Positions 1-14,040 of a stretch of 64,000 bases of DNA are shown here, piece after piece (the first letter of the stretch is position 1; every line of letters starts with the position of its first letter). The notes below the pieces were generated by a model that made no database searches, was not told the origin of the DNA, and saw only the letters and a program-made list of their open reading frames with translations. Where the stretch lies: assembly GCF_009914755.1 (NCBI RefSeq), contig NC_060926.1, one strand, 5' to 3'. Source of the DNA: the human T2T-CHM13v2.0 reference genome, Homo sapiens. The position numbers and the translations under genes were made by a program.

Positions 1-505
1 GTTGAGCTTGTGAGTCTGAAGCTTGAAGGATTTGGGGCTAGAGGTACAGGTGTGGCCATTGTCCAAAGGGAGGTGATAATCATAGCCATCCCTCTGCATC
101 AGGTTGCCAAGAGAGAGCATGCTTAGAGAGAAGCAAGTGCTTGAGGATCACCCATATTCTGGTGGCACAAAAAGAGAGACAGCCATGAAGGAGCAGTCAG
201 AGAAGGAGGTAGGGAAAATGCACTGTTCCAGAAGCCCAGAGTCAGGTTAAATGTGGGCAACAGAAATATGTTGGTCAAAAAACCAAGGACTGAGAAATAG
301 GCCCTCGGACTGGGCAAAGGTATCACTATCCACCTCCGGGAGAGCAGCAGAGGGTTTATAGCAGAACACAGGCTGCAAGGGATGGAGATGTGAGCTGGGT
401 GAGGAATTGCAAGTAGCAACTGTAAATCCTCTTGAGAAATTTGGGAGTGGTTTGTTCCTGGGATACTATAAATAACAGGAATGCAGGAAGCAAGGAAGTC
501 GTAAG
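1..505 (-). mobile_element. L2 LINE fragment (old, degenerate)
   Basis: Purine-rich sequence resembling the antisense of the L2 3' region; boundaries approximate. Confidence 0.6.
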
Positions 506-2689
506 ATGAAAGGGACATCAGTTTGCAGTGAACAGTGTTTGGGATTAACTAGCCCCAAGATTACAATCAGCCCATGGTGTGACGTACAGCCCTTGAGATG
601 TTCGCCTCACAAAGAATGGAGGGTTCTGGTTTTTGGTAGTGGGACAGCTGAACAGTGGTCACTATTGCCATCATCAAAAGTAGTTAAGAGAGCCCCCAAG
701 TATAAGTTGCATGGTAGGGCACTAAATAAAGTCTCTAAGCAAATGAGGCTTATATTGCAAAGAAGCTAAGAATCTCAGAGAGAAAACACAAACTTTGACA
801 TGCACATAAAAAAAGAGGCAGTTGAGAATACACTGAGCTAATTGAAATAATGACTACATATTACAGGCAAATGATAGAGACCATTCATTCTGTGAGACAG
901 AAAGTGAAGACAAAGTTATAATTGGTACATGATTAAGCAGTGTTGTTGGGGGAGGCTCTCATCCCTTCAGGGAGCCCAGGGAGTGTCATAACCGACAGCC
1001 ACCCACCAATTAACCACAAGGATTTACAGACCAGCTTATATCAGGAACTGTGTCAGATTTCTGGGTGTCCCAAATATCCCTCCTGAATTCTCTTCCAGCT
1101 GATTCAGTTTCCTACTAATTTCCTCATCTACAAGCTCAAGGTTTCCACCTTAAAATACTAACAAAAATATTTTACAAATGGTCTCCATCATTTGCCTATA
1201 ATATGTAGTCACTATTTCAATTAGCTTAGTGTATTCTCAAATGTAGAAAGATATCATCAGCCACCACCCATACACTTCTTATGAGGTCCTTGTACTTTTA
1301 TATCCCTGTACTTTTGTGGTTTTCTGTGATCAGAGCCCAGCCTGACAGTACAATCAGAGTTAATATAAACACAAGGGAGAGGAACATTTCTAAAATGTAT
1401 TCATCCTCAGACGCCATTTGTTCAAAAGCCCCTGGTCCTTGAAGTACCTGAGAAACGGAATGTTTGGGACTCTGGGAATTCTGTGCTCCAGATAAGAGAA
1501 CAGTCATCACTTTTTCAGGGAGAGAGAAAGAACGGCCACCATTTCTTACAGGATGTGAATAATATCTTGTGTTGTGATGATGGCAAAAACCAAAAGTGCT
1601 TTTTCAGACTTTGTCACAGTGTCTGCAAAGCTGAGCTGGGCAGAATTTAACAGCCTAGGCAAACTTGGCTGCTGGCCTGACTTTCCAGAGTTCACTTTTC
1701 CCCTGTTGAAAAGGCTTCTCTTAATTATTTTTGGATTGAGCCTCATAGACAGGGAGTTTGCTGGATCTTCCCATCCCAGCAGGCTCACACCTGGGGGATG
1801 TTATTGTGCCACCTACAGCTGGGTTAGAGTCAGCTGCATGACAGGGCAGACCAGCTTGGGTGATGTGTTAAGGTATTTCAAATAGCCATGTAACATATCA
1901 TAGCCCTTCTGCCATAAGAGGAGACCTTTACATTTCCTGTGCTCCAAAACGCTTCCTCTGGCACTGCCATCCCTATTCTGATCCAAACCATTCATTATAG
2001 GCTAGGCCATTGAGAAACTTCCAACTCATGCTCCTAACAACATAGCTACAATGGAGACCCATTTCAATGAGATTCTGTCCTTCTTCTAAATAAAACTAGC
2101 ACTAAACTCAATAGCTTATGACTTTGTCTTTACTGGATACCAGCCATGTATACTTGATGGTCCTACTGGGAGGGCCAGCAGTCTTATATATGGCCTGTCA
2201 TGGGGCTCTTTATATTCTTTGGCAGGAGTGGATAAAGTAGTAATATAGTGACCACACAGGAACCACTTGGAGACCACCCAGCAAGTAGCTTAGGAGCACA
2301 GCTCATCCACAGAGAGCCTCTAACAGGCTCCTGGTACACTTTCCCATCCCATGTGAAGTCATGAGAGACGTCATGAAAGCTGGGAGATGCTTTCAATTGC
2401 AGAATCATTAGCAAATGATCACACACAGCTCTGTCTCTTGCCTTCTTCTGATCCTCCCTAAGCTGGTCTTGGTACCGAAATAAGGCAGAAGCTGAGGCCC
2501 AATCCACCACTCCAGTATCTCTAGAATCCATCATTTCAGGGGAAAATTTTAAGCTTCTGCAGAGCAAAAATAGCATAATTTCAGAAAAAAGCAAACAACA
2601 GATTGTCATCCATATTTGCTGAAAATATTTTCCCCAAAGAGTTAATATTTATATTACATAAAAACTCATACAAAATGATAAGAAAAATG

Positions 2690-2850
2690 TCTAACTACTG
2701 CCACTTATCAGCAATTCAACTTTGGGTATGAAATTTAATTTCTTCAAGACCCAGTCTCCTCATCTATAAGATGCAGGTGGGAGTACCCACCTGTCTGAGG
2801 TTCTATGTAGATTAAGTGAGAAGATGCATTTAAAGTGCCAAGAGCAGGGT
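2690..2850 (+). mobile_element. MIR SINE fragment
   Basis: MIR-core-like ctgccactta...cagtctcctcatctataagatg. Confidence 0.65.
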
Positions 2851-3699
2851 CTGAGCTCTCTTCTCTTCTTTGCTCCTCAAGTACTCCAACACCAAAATGG
2901 GGAAAGGCCAGAACAAACAATGTTATGTTGGAGGGAATACAATTAGGAAAGAAATATGAGGAAATATTCAACCTTCCTTGCTATCCAAGAAATGCAGATT
3001 GTAAGACACCTTACATCTATTATTTTACAGGACAAATTAAAAATAATGACACGGCCTCACCATTGTTGATGAGGTTGTCAGGTGGACTGCGCATCTATCC
3101 ATTCACTAACAAGGCTGGTACAAACCAGAACAACCTTTTTGGAAACCCATTTGGCAATACTCTTAAAGACATAAAATGTTCATGACCTCTCACCAGTTAT
3201 TCCCACCCAAGAAATGTCTTCTAAGGAAATAGCCTGAAAGATGAGCAAAAGTACTAGCACAAAGATTTTTGTTGCTACAAGATTCATTATAGTGAAAAGA
3301 TCCAGAAACAACTTAGTGTCCAATATCAGGTAAACAAGTAATTTAATTACATAAGGGAAAAAAAGCAGAGAATGTAAAATTGTGCCTGTATTATAGTTGC
3401 ATCACATGTGTGCATGTAAACAAGGAGTAGATAAGAACATGAGCAAATTTTAAAGGACTGTTAGAATCTAAGAAATGTTTGTATTGGAGTAATTTTTGTT
3501 TGACTTTGATTTCTCATATTGTTGCTGTAATATTGCTTGTACAATAAGTAATTCTTGTAAAAAGTAACTTAATCCTATTTCCACAGCTTTCACTATAACT
3601 AGGACCTCTTCACCCCTTGGCTAGATCAGGTGCTCACTTCCTGATGGATCTCCTCTCATTGTGTTTCTCCTCCTACAACTGACAGGGACTTCCTCATTT

Positions 3700-4100
3700 G
3701 TCCCAGGCACTGTGCCTTTAATTAATTTTTGTAAGGCACTTTAAATACATTCCAAGTATGTTAAATATATTTTTGTCATTCTCACAACCACCCATGAGGA
3801 AGGTATTACAGTCATCTAGCAGAACAATCCATACCAATAGATTGAGCTAGCTGTCCTCCCAGGGGGCCAGCACATGAAGCAGACACCCTAATTATCCACA
3901 GCCAGCTGAAACCATACATACTGGGGCTTTTTCTGTGAGTTTCTTGGCCATGAGAGATGCAGAGGAGTGCACAATGTGTCCAAGCAGATATTAGCTCTGC
4001 AATGTCAATATCCAAAGAATATTTAGCCCCGCAGTAAGCAGATGAGGAAATGACGCTTAATCCCCCTGCCTAAAGTTTGGATGTCATTTGTGCTCTAGGA
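3700..4100 (-). mobile_element. MIR SINE interrupted by a 222-bp local duplication
   Basis: ctcacaaccacccatgaggaaggtatta...gtcatct resumes as agcagatgaggaaa after 4037, matching the MIR antisense core. Confidence 0.7.
3819..4040 (+). repeat. Dispersed direct duplication, copy 1 (of 6027-6248)
   Basis: Manual ungapped alignment to 6027-6248: 23 mismatches in 222 bp (about 90% identity). Confidence 0.97.
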
Positions 4101-4744
4101 TCTGAAATACAACCTACATGTATCCAACTTCAGTTTGAATATAGTTAGCTTTTAACTAGAAGTGACAATAAAGTGTTTATCTTCTCATTTCTATAAAGAC
4201 AAGATAGAAATCTACCACTATAAGGCCCACTCCAGGGAGCTAAAGGCAGAATAGTTGTTATAGATTATTCTTCTTCATTGAATTCCTTTTACTCCACAAT
4301 CTACAAAGTCCAACCAAAAGGCAAATGACAGATAATTTTCAACACACTACTGAGTACAGAGCAGGTGTTTAATGAATATTCACTGATAGAATTAATGATC
4401 TGCTCAAAACCCAGGAAAGATTGTAAAGTCAGTTTTCAAAGCCCCCAGGTTCCCCACTCCACTTTCTTTGCCCATCTTTTCCTATCATTTCTACTCCACC
4501 ACCTCAACTCTTACTATTATCCCGCATGCCCTCTCTTCCACCCGTAATAATTTACTTTTTAAAAACGCTATATTAAACATCCAACTGTTCATATGTAAAT
4601 TTTTTGAGGTCATTATCACTTGTGCTGGAAAGTCTCATGTCAAAGAAACAACTCCCTAACTGTGAAACGTTGCATTTCTAGGTATCGGCCACTAGAGAAA
4701 ACAACTCGAGTCAGCTGTCAATGAATTCTTTAAATGATAGTTGA

Positions 4745-5240
<496 letters not shown>

Positions 5241-6026
5241 TGTATGTTCATTCTTAAATTTAAGGAAATTGACACACCAAGAAGCTTTTCTATTATTAAG
5301 TACAGCTAAAACAAATAAATAAAAACTGCCCTGAAATTAATTTCTTTAAATCCCTTAAATTTAAAGTAAGTAATATGCTAGGAAGCTTTTCTATTATAAG
5401 GTACAGATAAATAAAACTGATAGATAAGTTTAAACTGCCCTGATTACATAATATCTATGAAGGGTAATTACATCTATGCAAAACAGGTTAATGCAACAGC
5501 TAAAAACAGCATTAAGATATAAAAAAGGGCATTTCCCAAAGTCCTTAAGGTCACCAGATTGATTAAACTTGACATCTGTCTAACTTAATAGGGCTGATCT
5601 AAGGAATTCGGCTCTGCTCTTCTTATCCATTGTTGCTTCAGTTGAACCTTGTTAACAGCTTTATTAGTGTCAGACTAGATAAGAGGGATCAGCCTTTCCA
5701 CCTTCATCCACAGGGTTTCCTGGTATGTAGATTCAGAGAATGAAAAAAAACCAACCACTTCTAGAATTTGCTCTCTCTGAAAAGAAAAATTATTGTTGAA
5801 ACCATTCTTGGACCTTAATTGAAAATATTCATTTTATTTGACCAGGAGGTTAGCCAACTGCAAGGAACAAAATATATTTTCTGATTAAAGAGTTTTACCT
5901 GGCTGGGATGACATTCACATTTCTTGTAGAGGATGGACTAGTCAGGGACTCCAGTTGTGTTTCAGTTATCTTGAGAGGACAGTCTGCTTAACAGGCTGGG
6001 CAGTAATTGACGATCATGTTACACTG

Positions 6027-6248
6027 GCAGAACAATCCATACCAATGGATTGAGCTAGCTCTCTTCCCAGGGAGGCAACACACGAAGCAGACTCCCTAAT
6101 TATCCACAGCCAGCTGAAGACATACATGCTGGGGCTTTTTCTGTGGGCTTCTTGGCCATGAGAGATGCAGGGAAGCACATAATGTGTCCAAGCAGATATT
6201 AGTTCTACAATGTCAATATCCAAAGAACATTTAGTCCCACAGTAAGCA
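6027..6248 (+). repeat. Dispersed direct duplication, copy 2 (probable donor)
   Basis: About 90% identical to 3819-4040, offset 2208 bp. Confidence 0.97.
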
Positions 6249-6939
6249 AAGTGTTAGTCTAGTAGCCCTAGAATCCACACTGAGAAAAGCTTCCTCAGCT
6301 TCCTCAGACCCTTGACTTTGGAAGTGAATCCTGGAATAATGAATCATGACTAGGATCAACTTAAATACTGAAACTGAAAATCATTGCCAGAAATTCTCTC
6401 TATATTAAATTTATTAGCATACACCGTCAGCGTTTCTCTCCTTTCTCTCTTTCTCAATCTTTCTCTCTATTAATATTTTCCTCTCTCTTTTGGAATCAAA
6501 GACTTTGAACTATTATACATGTAAATGATATGGAAGCCAGGTTAATAGATAATCATGTGTTGATCTTGAAAGATAAAAGGAGAACCCTATTTTCTCACAT
6601 AAAATCGCAGTTACATTCAGATATTTTCATACAATGAACGTGAAGGAGGCTAAATCTTACAGGGTACAATTTCTCAAATCCTCAAGACCAGGAAAATCTA
6701 ATAAGTAATTTGAATTGCCTTGCATGTGAACAAAGACTTCTTGAGAGCCTGCTCAGGGTCCATCAGGTCTGGTCCCTGTTTTCTCCTCCAGCCTCACCAC
6801 TCCCTTCACCTCCCCAGGCTGGGATTCCAGGCTCTGCTATGCCTGCTGAATGCCCCAGGTCAAACCTGCTTAGAGACAGGCGCAGGGTGGTGAGACCATA
6901 AGCACTGACGCAGCCTTGCTCTTTTTGACTGGCTACTGC

Positions 6940-7225
6940 TCACCCACTCTTCAAAAGCCCTTCTTCCAGGGAGCCGGCTCTAACCTCCTGTGCATTCCAC
7001 CTTGCCCTGTGAATACCCTATGATAGCACTGTCATGTTCATAGTAGTAATAAGGCTAAATTTTTTGTCCACCCACCAGATTATGTCTGAAAAATCTTTCT
7101 ATTAAAAGCACTAAGCCCCAGACCTGGCCTCTGCTAAGAACACAGTATCTGTTAAATCAATGAATGGATGGATGAATGGATGGATGGATGGATGGATGGA
7201 TGAACAAATGAATGAATAAATGAAT
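6940..7225 (+). mobile_element. L2 3' end with (GGAT/GAAT)n tail
   Basis: L2-like 3' region ending in tgaatggatggatg...gaatgaat repeats (about 7160-7225). Confidence 0.65.
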
Positions 7226-7364
7226 ACTAACTTTTTTGCCTATAATATTTTCCCTCTATTCCTTTATCCAGTTATAAAAACTCTTCTTATCTCATCCATG
7301 GCAGGTAATGAACATACAAAAAAAAATCATTAAAACAATGTAAGCATAAATAGAGTTTTAAAAT

Positions 7365-7470
7365 TCAATTGTGCTGATGGCTGCACAGGTCTGTGAATTT
7401 ACTAAAAATCACTGAATTATACTAGTGAATTTTATAGCATGTAAATTATACCTCATTACAGCTGTTACAA
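7365..7470 (+). mobile_element. Old L1 (L1M) 3' UTR fragment
   Basis: gatggctgcaca...tgtgaatttactaaaaatcactgaatt...tgtaaattatacctca, typical of an L1M 3' terminus. Confidence 0.65.
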
Positions 7471-10400
7471 AACTGAATAGAAAATAGAATGTTTATATTA
7501 TAGACTAGTCCAAACTGAGAGCATTTCAGAAGTGAAACATGGTTTAGAAAGTGGTGTGATACGTGAGAGAAATGACAATGAAAATTGCTTCTTGAATTTT
7601 TGTTGTTATTGTTAGTGAAATTGTTTTTCACCTGGACCTGGACAAGACATTGCTAGGAACTTTGTAGTAAATGTATTTAAAGAGAGGATGAGAGTTCACA
7701 TAATGAAATTGGCCTGTTTCCAAATTGGTAGAAGAGACTCACCTAATTTCAGAGTTTGATTCATGGCTTGAAAAAAACAACAATTTTTTATCCCACTTTT
7801 ATTGAATTAATTAATTAGGTTCAAATTAAGTAATTCAGCTCTAAAAAACTGTCGACAGTAAATTAAAAACAATAAATTTTTCCAATGAAATTTTATTGAG
7901 TTAATTTTTGTAGTTTGCTATTTCCAAGCCAATTAAAGTGTTATCTGTTTTTAATCAGCTTTACTGTCTCTTAATTTTCCTTAAAATTTTCTTTGGGGTT
8001 TTCCAGGTTTTGTCCACTTGGTTGGAAATGAAGTGATTTCTCTACATAGTCCCTAATGTCTAAATTATGAAATAGTAGTTCTGTTTTTAAGTTTTTAACT
8101 TCTTTAAATTGAGAAAGTATATATTTTAAATAGATTATCTTCTATAAATAATAATCAGTGCTTTCATCTGTCAAAGTCATGTTGAAAATTTCTTTCCAAC
8201 CTGATTCTTAATGACATCTCCACCTTTCCGATAGAATTTATTATTAAGGAGGGAAATCCCACCACAACAGTAACTTCAGACCTCTCTTCTTTGTGGAGAT
8301 AGCCTGAGGTATAAATTCAACATGCAAATCATTCTTTTCATTACCTGCCTGTTAAAACAGAATAAAAGTTAAAGACAATGAATTTCTGCAGGAAACATCA
8401 AAGTTAAATATACTCATCGACAGACATTGAATAAAATCAAATACAAAAAAACTGAAGGCTAAGTTGTTATAAACATCAGTTGGCATGCCTTAAAATCCAT
8501 GGTGGTCTAAAATTGCCGCTTTATATTTCAAAGGATCTGAATAAAGACAGTTTCACAGTTGCTCCCAAGTCTTCACATCTGAAAGAATCCTTTTACAGAT
8601 CTAAAATGGACTGATTTGATATGTATTACAGGGCCGTCATGGTCTTGCAAGAAATCAGTGATTTACATTTGTAACCATATTTCCAAATGTGAATATCTTT
8701 TTTATGAGGTGGGGGGATGTGAGGGGTACATAGACCATTCACAGCTGTTTTTGTCGAGCAGTTGCTTTTTATTTGTGTCCATTACTGAATTTAATGCTTT
8801 CTGCCATTTCCATACTTGTTACTAGTTTTTTTGTGTGTGTTATTGTTGTTCTGATTAAAAGCATGCATTACATTCTTTCTAAATTATGTGTCACTTTGTT
8901 GTGAGTGTTATATCTGGCAATTTAATAGTCTGCGAACAGGAAAGCTTTGAAATGACTCTCCTCTGTCCTTTGGCATAAACCAATTACCAGGATTTAAACT
9001 TATCTGACAAAAACCACAGTGACAGATCTGAGAACAAAGTGGTTTTGAATCGTTATTTTTTTGATCTTTAACCTTTCCTGTTTTCTATAACTAGATGTTG
9101 TAAAGTACAGTATGTGATCATGAAAATAGTATCGCCTTTTCTTATTTCCTTAATAAAAAGTGTGTCTTCCAGACTTTCCTATTTGCTTTAGTGATGAACA
9201 ATAGCTTAACTTCTTTTGCATGAACTACCTCTGATGGCTGCAATAGCCTTAGAGATACACATACAAAAATGTCAGAACCAAGATGGAGTCCTAAAAACAG
9301 AATTTGATTCTTGAGGAAACATATGCAATTGTTTTTCAAGTTTTCTTTAAAGGAAAGGAATTTAAAGCAGAAATACTTTTTCTTAAAACTATCTGGGATG
9401 TATCAAATCAGGTTAAGAATGTGAAACTCACCAGTTTCTCTGCAGAATGTTACAGTGTTTTGTTAGCTGTGGACAACTATTATTCATTATACATCTATAG
9501 AAGCATTATTAAGGCTCTACTTGGTACCAAAAGAATACACAGAAAATGTAGTATGTGCTCCCCAGGCACTCGTTCAGCGAAGCAGCTCCCGGGCAATTTG
9601 ACACAGTAACAAAAGTAGACTAATTTTTTTCCCCAACCATATATTGCCCCAAAGTTGACATCATTTTCCCAAGCCATGAAAGCGTTGAAAGACTAAAAGA
9701 TATACCTGGCTAATAGCATATGAACTAAAATAATGAAAAGCACTTTTCTTTGGTTATTCTCAAACAGACCATAAATATTTACATCCCATTATAAAACACC
9801 TTAACAGCTTGGTGAGATTGAATGCAATAGCACTTAATGCAATATAACTCTAAACACTTTATAGCTTCAATGGACTTTATAACTACACCTTAGTTTGTCA
9901 TACAGGAAGATCTGTGAGTTGACTGGTTAATGTTCTTTGTTTTAAAAACATGCAAAAGCAACACTATGTGCACTATATGGACAGTATTTTCTAAAATACC
10001 ATCTATATTTTACATATAGTTTCACCCAAAAGACCACGTGAGCCCTCAAGAAATAAGACAAAGGCATTACATTTTGCTTCCTGAGTGTGATTGTGCCAGT
10101 TTTCTACACATCTTATAAAAAGGAAAATGCATATGCTTAATGCAAAGCACTGTATGTCTCATGAACCTCAAATTTAAATAGTGCTTTATGGTTCACCAAG
10201 CATTTTCTCATTATTTTCTTATTTGAACATCAAAACAATCCTCTAACATAAGTAACAAGAGAAAGGAAGAATGCAGTGCAAGAGGGAGAGAATGGATATT
10301 TATTGAGCACCTACTATGTACCAAATACCATTGGAATGTGGCATTTATTCATTGGTGGCATTCTAACAACCACATGAGATACATGTTTTCATCTTGCAGA

Positions 10401-12597
10401 TGAGGGTCTGAAAGATTAATTATCTTAGTCAGTGTTATATAGGTAATAACAGTGGAGCTGGGGTTGAATCCCAAGTCCCATTCCAAAAAGAAAATATTCT
10501 TCCTTCTGTTCAAGTAGCCACCAATGTTGACTCTTGAACAACTCTGAGATTATGGTATTCCAAAATTTTGCTGTTATAGTATCCTTTCCTTTATGAAGTA
10601 TCAAAGCTTTTTGAAGTATCCTTTAATGATTGCTCTTTGAAGTATCCTTTTTTTGGCAAAATAAAATACTGGGGAGCCCATATTAGTCTCCCATCTTTCC
10701 TTTTGATTCTACAGGACGATGAAGCACAGAACTCTGTAAACAAGTGTATTCTGGTTTTCTCCATACAATGATCTAATTTAGTCCTACCAAGTATGATCAC
10801 AGAACACCGTCCTCTACATGTCTAGACAAATGGGATGGGGAAGAGAGAGTCAAAATCTCTTTGGTTCATGAGCAATATATGAATGATTCACAAGCAGATA
10901 AACAAAGATAGATTACCTTTCAACCCATTTACTACTATCCCAGTTACTTACTATCTATTAATACATGTGAGAGGAGGACAGAGGTTACTGTATCAAGGAG
11001 TTATCTAAATGCTTTTCTTCATTTTTTGTCTGCTGGCCCAATGGATCTCAACTATATTCTTCAGACCCCAAGAGTTCTGGGGCAGCACCTTAGGACCCAT
11101 TAAGTGGCAATGGTAGGAGGTAAAGGGAGAGTGCAGTTCAATACTGTCAGCAATATTTTAGCTACTTCACATATGCAGGTTTCATTTTATGATTTCTTTT
11201 AAGAAAGACCTTTGCAATACATGAGCACATATGTATATATATAAATAAAGATAGATAGATAGACACTGAAAACCACTACCCTTGGCTCAATGCTTATCAA
11301 TCCCCACATGCCAAAAAAAAGTCTACAAACCTAGTAATACGGTTTAGCAAATGATTTGTAATATTTCAAAATTACAGTCAATTTTAGTGCAATGAATTAA
11401 CTTTTAAAAAGGTGATTTGTGATTGAATGTTTCCTTAACCTGCTTTAGAGAAAATAAATGTATGATTTACATCTCAGGGTCCTCAGAATATCTGGCCAGC
11501 AATTACATAGGTTTTTATAATGACAAAAAAGAATAAAGAAATTAATTAACAGAGGCAAACCTTGTTTTATTGTGTTTCTCTTTCCTGTACTTCACAGATG
11601 CTGCATTTTTTGCAAATTGATTTGTGGCAACCCTGCGCAAGCAAGTCTATCGGTGCCACTTTTCCAACAGCATGTGCTCACTTTCATGTCTCTGTGTCAT
11701 ATTTTGCTAATTCTTGCAATATTTCAAACTTATTGATTATTATTACATCTGTTATGGCTATCTGTGATCAGTGATCTTGGCTGTTACTATTGCAATTGTT
11801 TGGGGGCACCACAAACCGTGCCCACATAAGATGGCAAACATAATCAATCAATGTTGTGTGTGTTCTGGCTTCTCCATGGACTGATCATTTTCTTTCATCT
11901 CTCTCCTTCTCTTAAGGCCTCCCTATTACCAGAGACACAATAATATTAAAATTAGCTCAGTTAGTAACACTACAATTACCTCTAAGTGTTCAAGTGAAAA
12001 AGAGTCACAGGTCTCTCACTTTTCATCAAAAGCTAGAAATGATTTTTGATTTTTGAGGAAGGCATATCAAAAGCTGAGACAGGCCAAAAGCTAGGCTTCT
12101 TGTACCAATTAGCCAAATTGGAATGCAAAGGCAAAGTTCTTTAAGGAAATTAAAAGTGCTACTCCAGTGAACACATGAATGATAAGAAGGCAAAACAGTT
12201 TTGCTGCTGATATGGAGAAAGTCTAAAAGGTCTAGATAGAAGATCGAACCAGCCACAACATCAGAGCAAAGCTCTAACTCTCTTCAATTCTACGAGGGCT
12301 GAGGAAGCTGCAGAAGAAAAGTCTGAGGCTAGCAGAGGTTGGTTCACGAGGTTGAAGGGAAAAAGCCATCTCCATAACATAAAAGTAAGGGGTAAAGCAG
12401 CAAATACCGATGGAGAAGCTGCAGCAAGTTATTCAGATCTAGCTAAGATCATTAACAAGGGTGGCTACATCAGATTTTCAATGTAGATGAAACAGCTTTA
12501 AGTTAGAAGATGCCATGTAAGACGTTCATAGTTAGAGAGGAGAAGTCAATGTCTGGCTTCAAAGCTTCAAAGGACAGGCTGACTGCATATTTGAGTC

Positions 12598-12687
12598 AAA
12601 TACAGCTGGTGACTTTAAGTTGAATCCAATGATCTTTTACCATTCCAAAAGATCATTGGATGCAATTTAAAGTCACCAGCTGCATTT
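12598..12687. repeat. Inverted repeat: 41-bp arms, 8-nt loop, inside Tigger1
   Basis: Arm 12598-12638 is the reverse complement of 12647-12687 at 38/41 positions. Confidence 0.95.
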
Positions 12688-13609
12688 AGGGCTCTTACGA
12701 ATTATGCCAAATCTACTCAGCCCGTGCTCTACAAATGGAACAAAAAAGCCTGCATGACAACACATCTGTTTATAGCATGGTTTACTGAATATTTTAAGCC
12801 CACTCTTCAGACTGTTTAGACCTACTGCTGAGAAAAAAAAGATACATTTCAAAACATTACTAATCATTGACAATGTACCTAGGCATTCAAGAGGTGTCAT
12901 GGAGATGTACAAGGAGATTAATGTTGTTTTCACGTCTGCTAACACCACAACTATTCTGCAGCTCAGGGATCAAGGAATAATTTTGACATTCAAGTTTTAT
13001 TAATTAAGAAATACATTTCATAAGGCTCTAGCTGCCAAAGATAGTGATTCCTCTGATGGATCTGGGCAAAATATACTGAAAACCTCCTAGAAAGGATTCA
13101 CCATTCTAGATGCCATTAAGAACATTTGTGATTCATGGGAGGGGGGCAAATATCAACATTAACAGGAGTTTGGAAGAAGTTGATTCCAACCCTCATGGAT
13201 GACTTTGAGGAGTTCAAGCCTTCAATAAAGAAAGTAACAACAGATGTGGTAGAAGGAGCAAGAGAAGTGGAACCTGAAGATATGACTGAATCGCTGCAAT
13301 GTTATGACAAAACTTTAATGGATGAGGGGTTGTCTCTTATAGATGAGCATATGTCTCTTATGGTTTCTTGGGATGGAATTTCCTCCTGGTGAAGATGCTG
13401 TGAACATTGCTGAAATGACAACAAACGATTTAGAATACTCCCCAAACTTAGTCGATAAAGCAGCAGCAGGCTTTGAGAGGATTAACTCCAATTTTGAAAG
13501 AAGTTCTACTGTGGGTAAAATGCTATGAAGCAGTATTGTATGCTACATTCCTTTTGTGAAAGGACGAGTCAATCAATACAGTAAACTTTATTGTTGTCTT
13601 TTTTAAAAA

Positions 13610-13715
13610 AATCTATGGAATGCTTCATGAATTTGCACGTCATCTTTGTGCAGGGACTATGCTAATCTTCTCTGTATTTTTCCAGTTTTAGTATATGTGC
13701 CGCCAAAGCAAGTAT
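13610..13715 (-). pseudogene. U6 snRNA retropseudogene (RNU6-type), full length
   Basis: Reverse complement matches U6 (...CACATATACTAAAA...TACAGAGAAGATTAGCAT...CCATA) at about 83% (18 mismatches in 106 by hand); flanking direct repeat TGTTGTCTT(A)TTTT. Confidence 0.95.
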
Positions 13716-13727
13716 TGTGTTGTCTTA

Positions 13728-14040
<313 letters not shown>

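Noticed and set aside
2184-2609. 141-aa minus-strand ORF with an acceptor-like tgctctgcag near 2559
   Set aside because: No recognisable protein family, no strong donor; ORFs of this length occur by chance in 64 kb
10578-10650. Repeat-spacer pattern resembling a CRISPR array
   Set aside because: Repeats only 9-15 bp, spacers short and irregular, eukaryotic DNA, no cas genes
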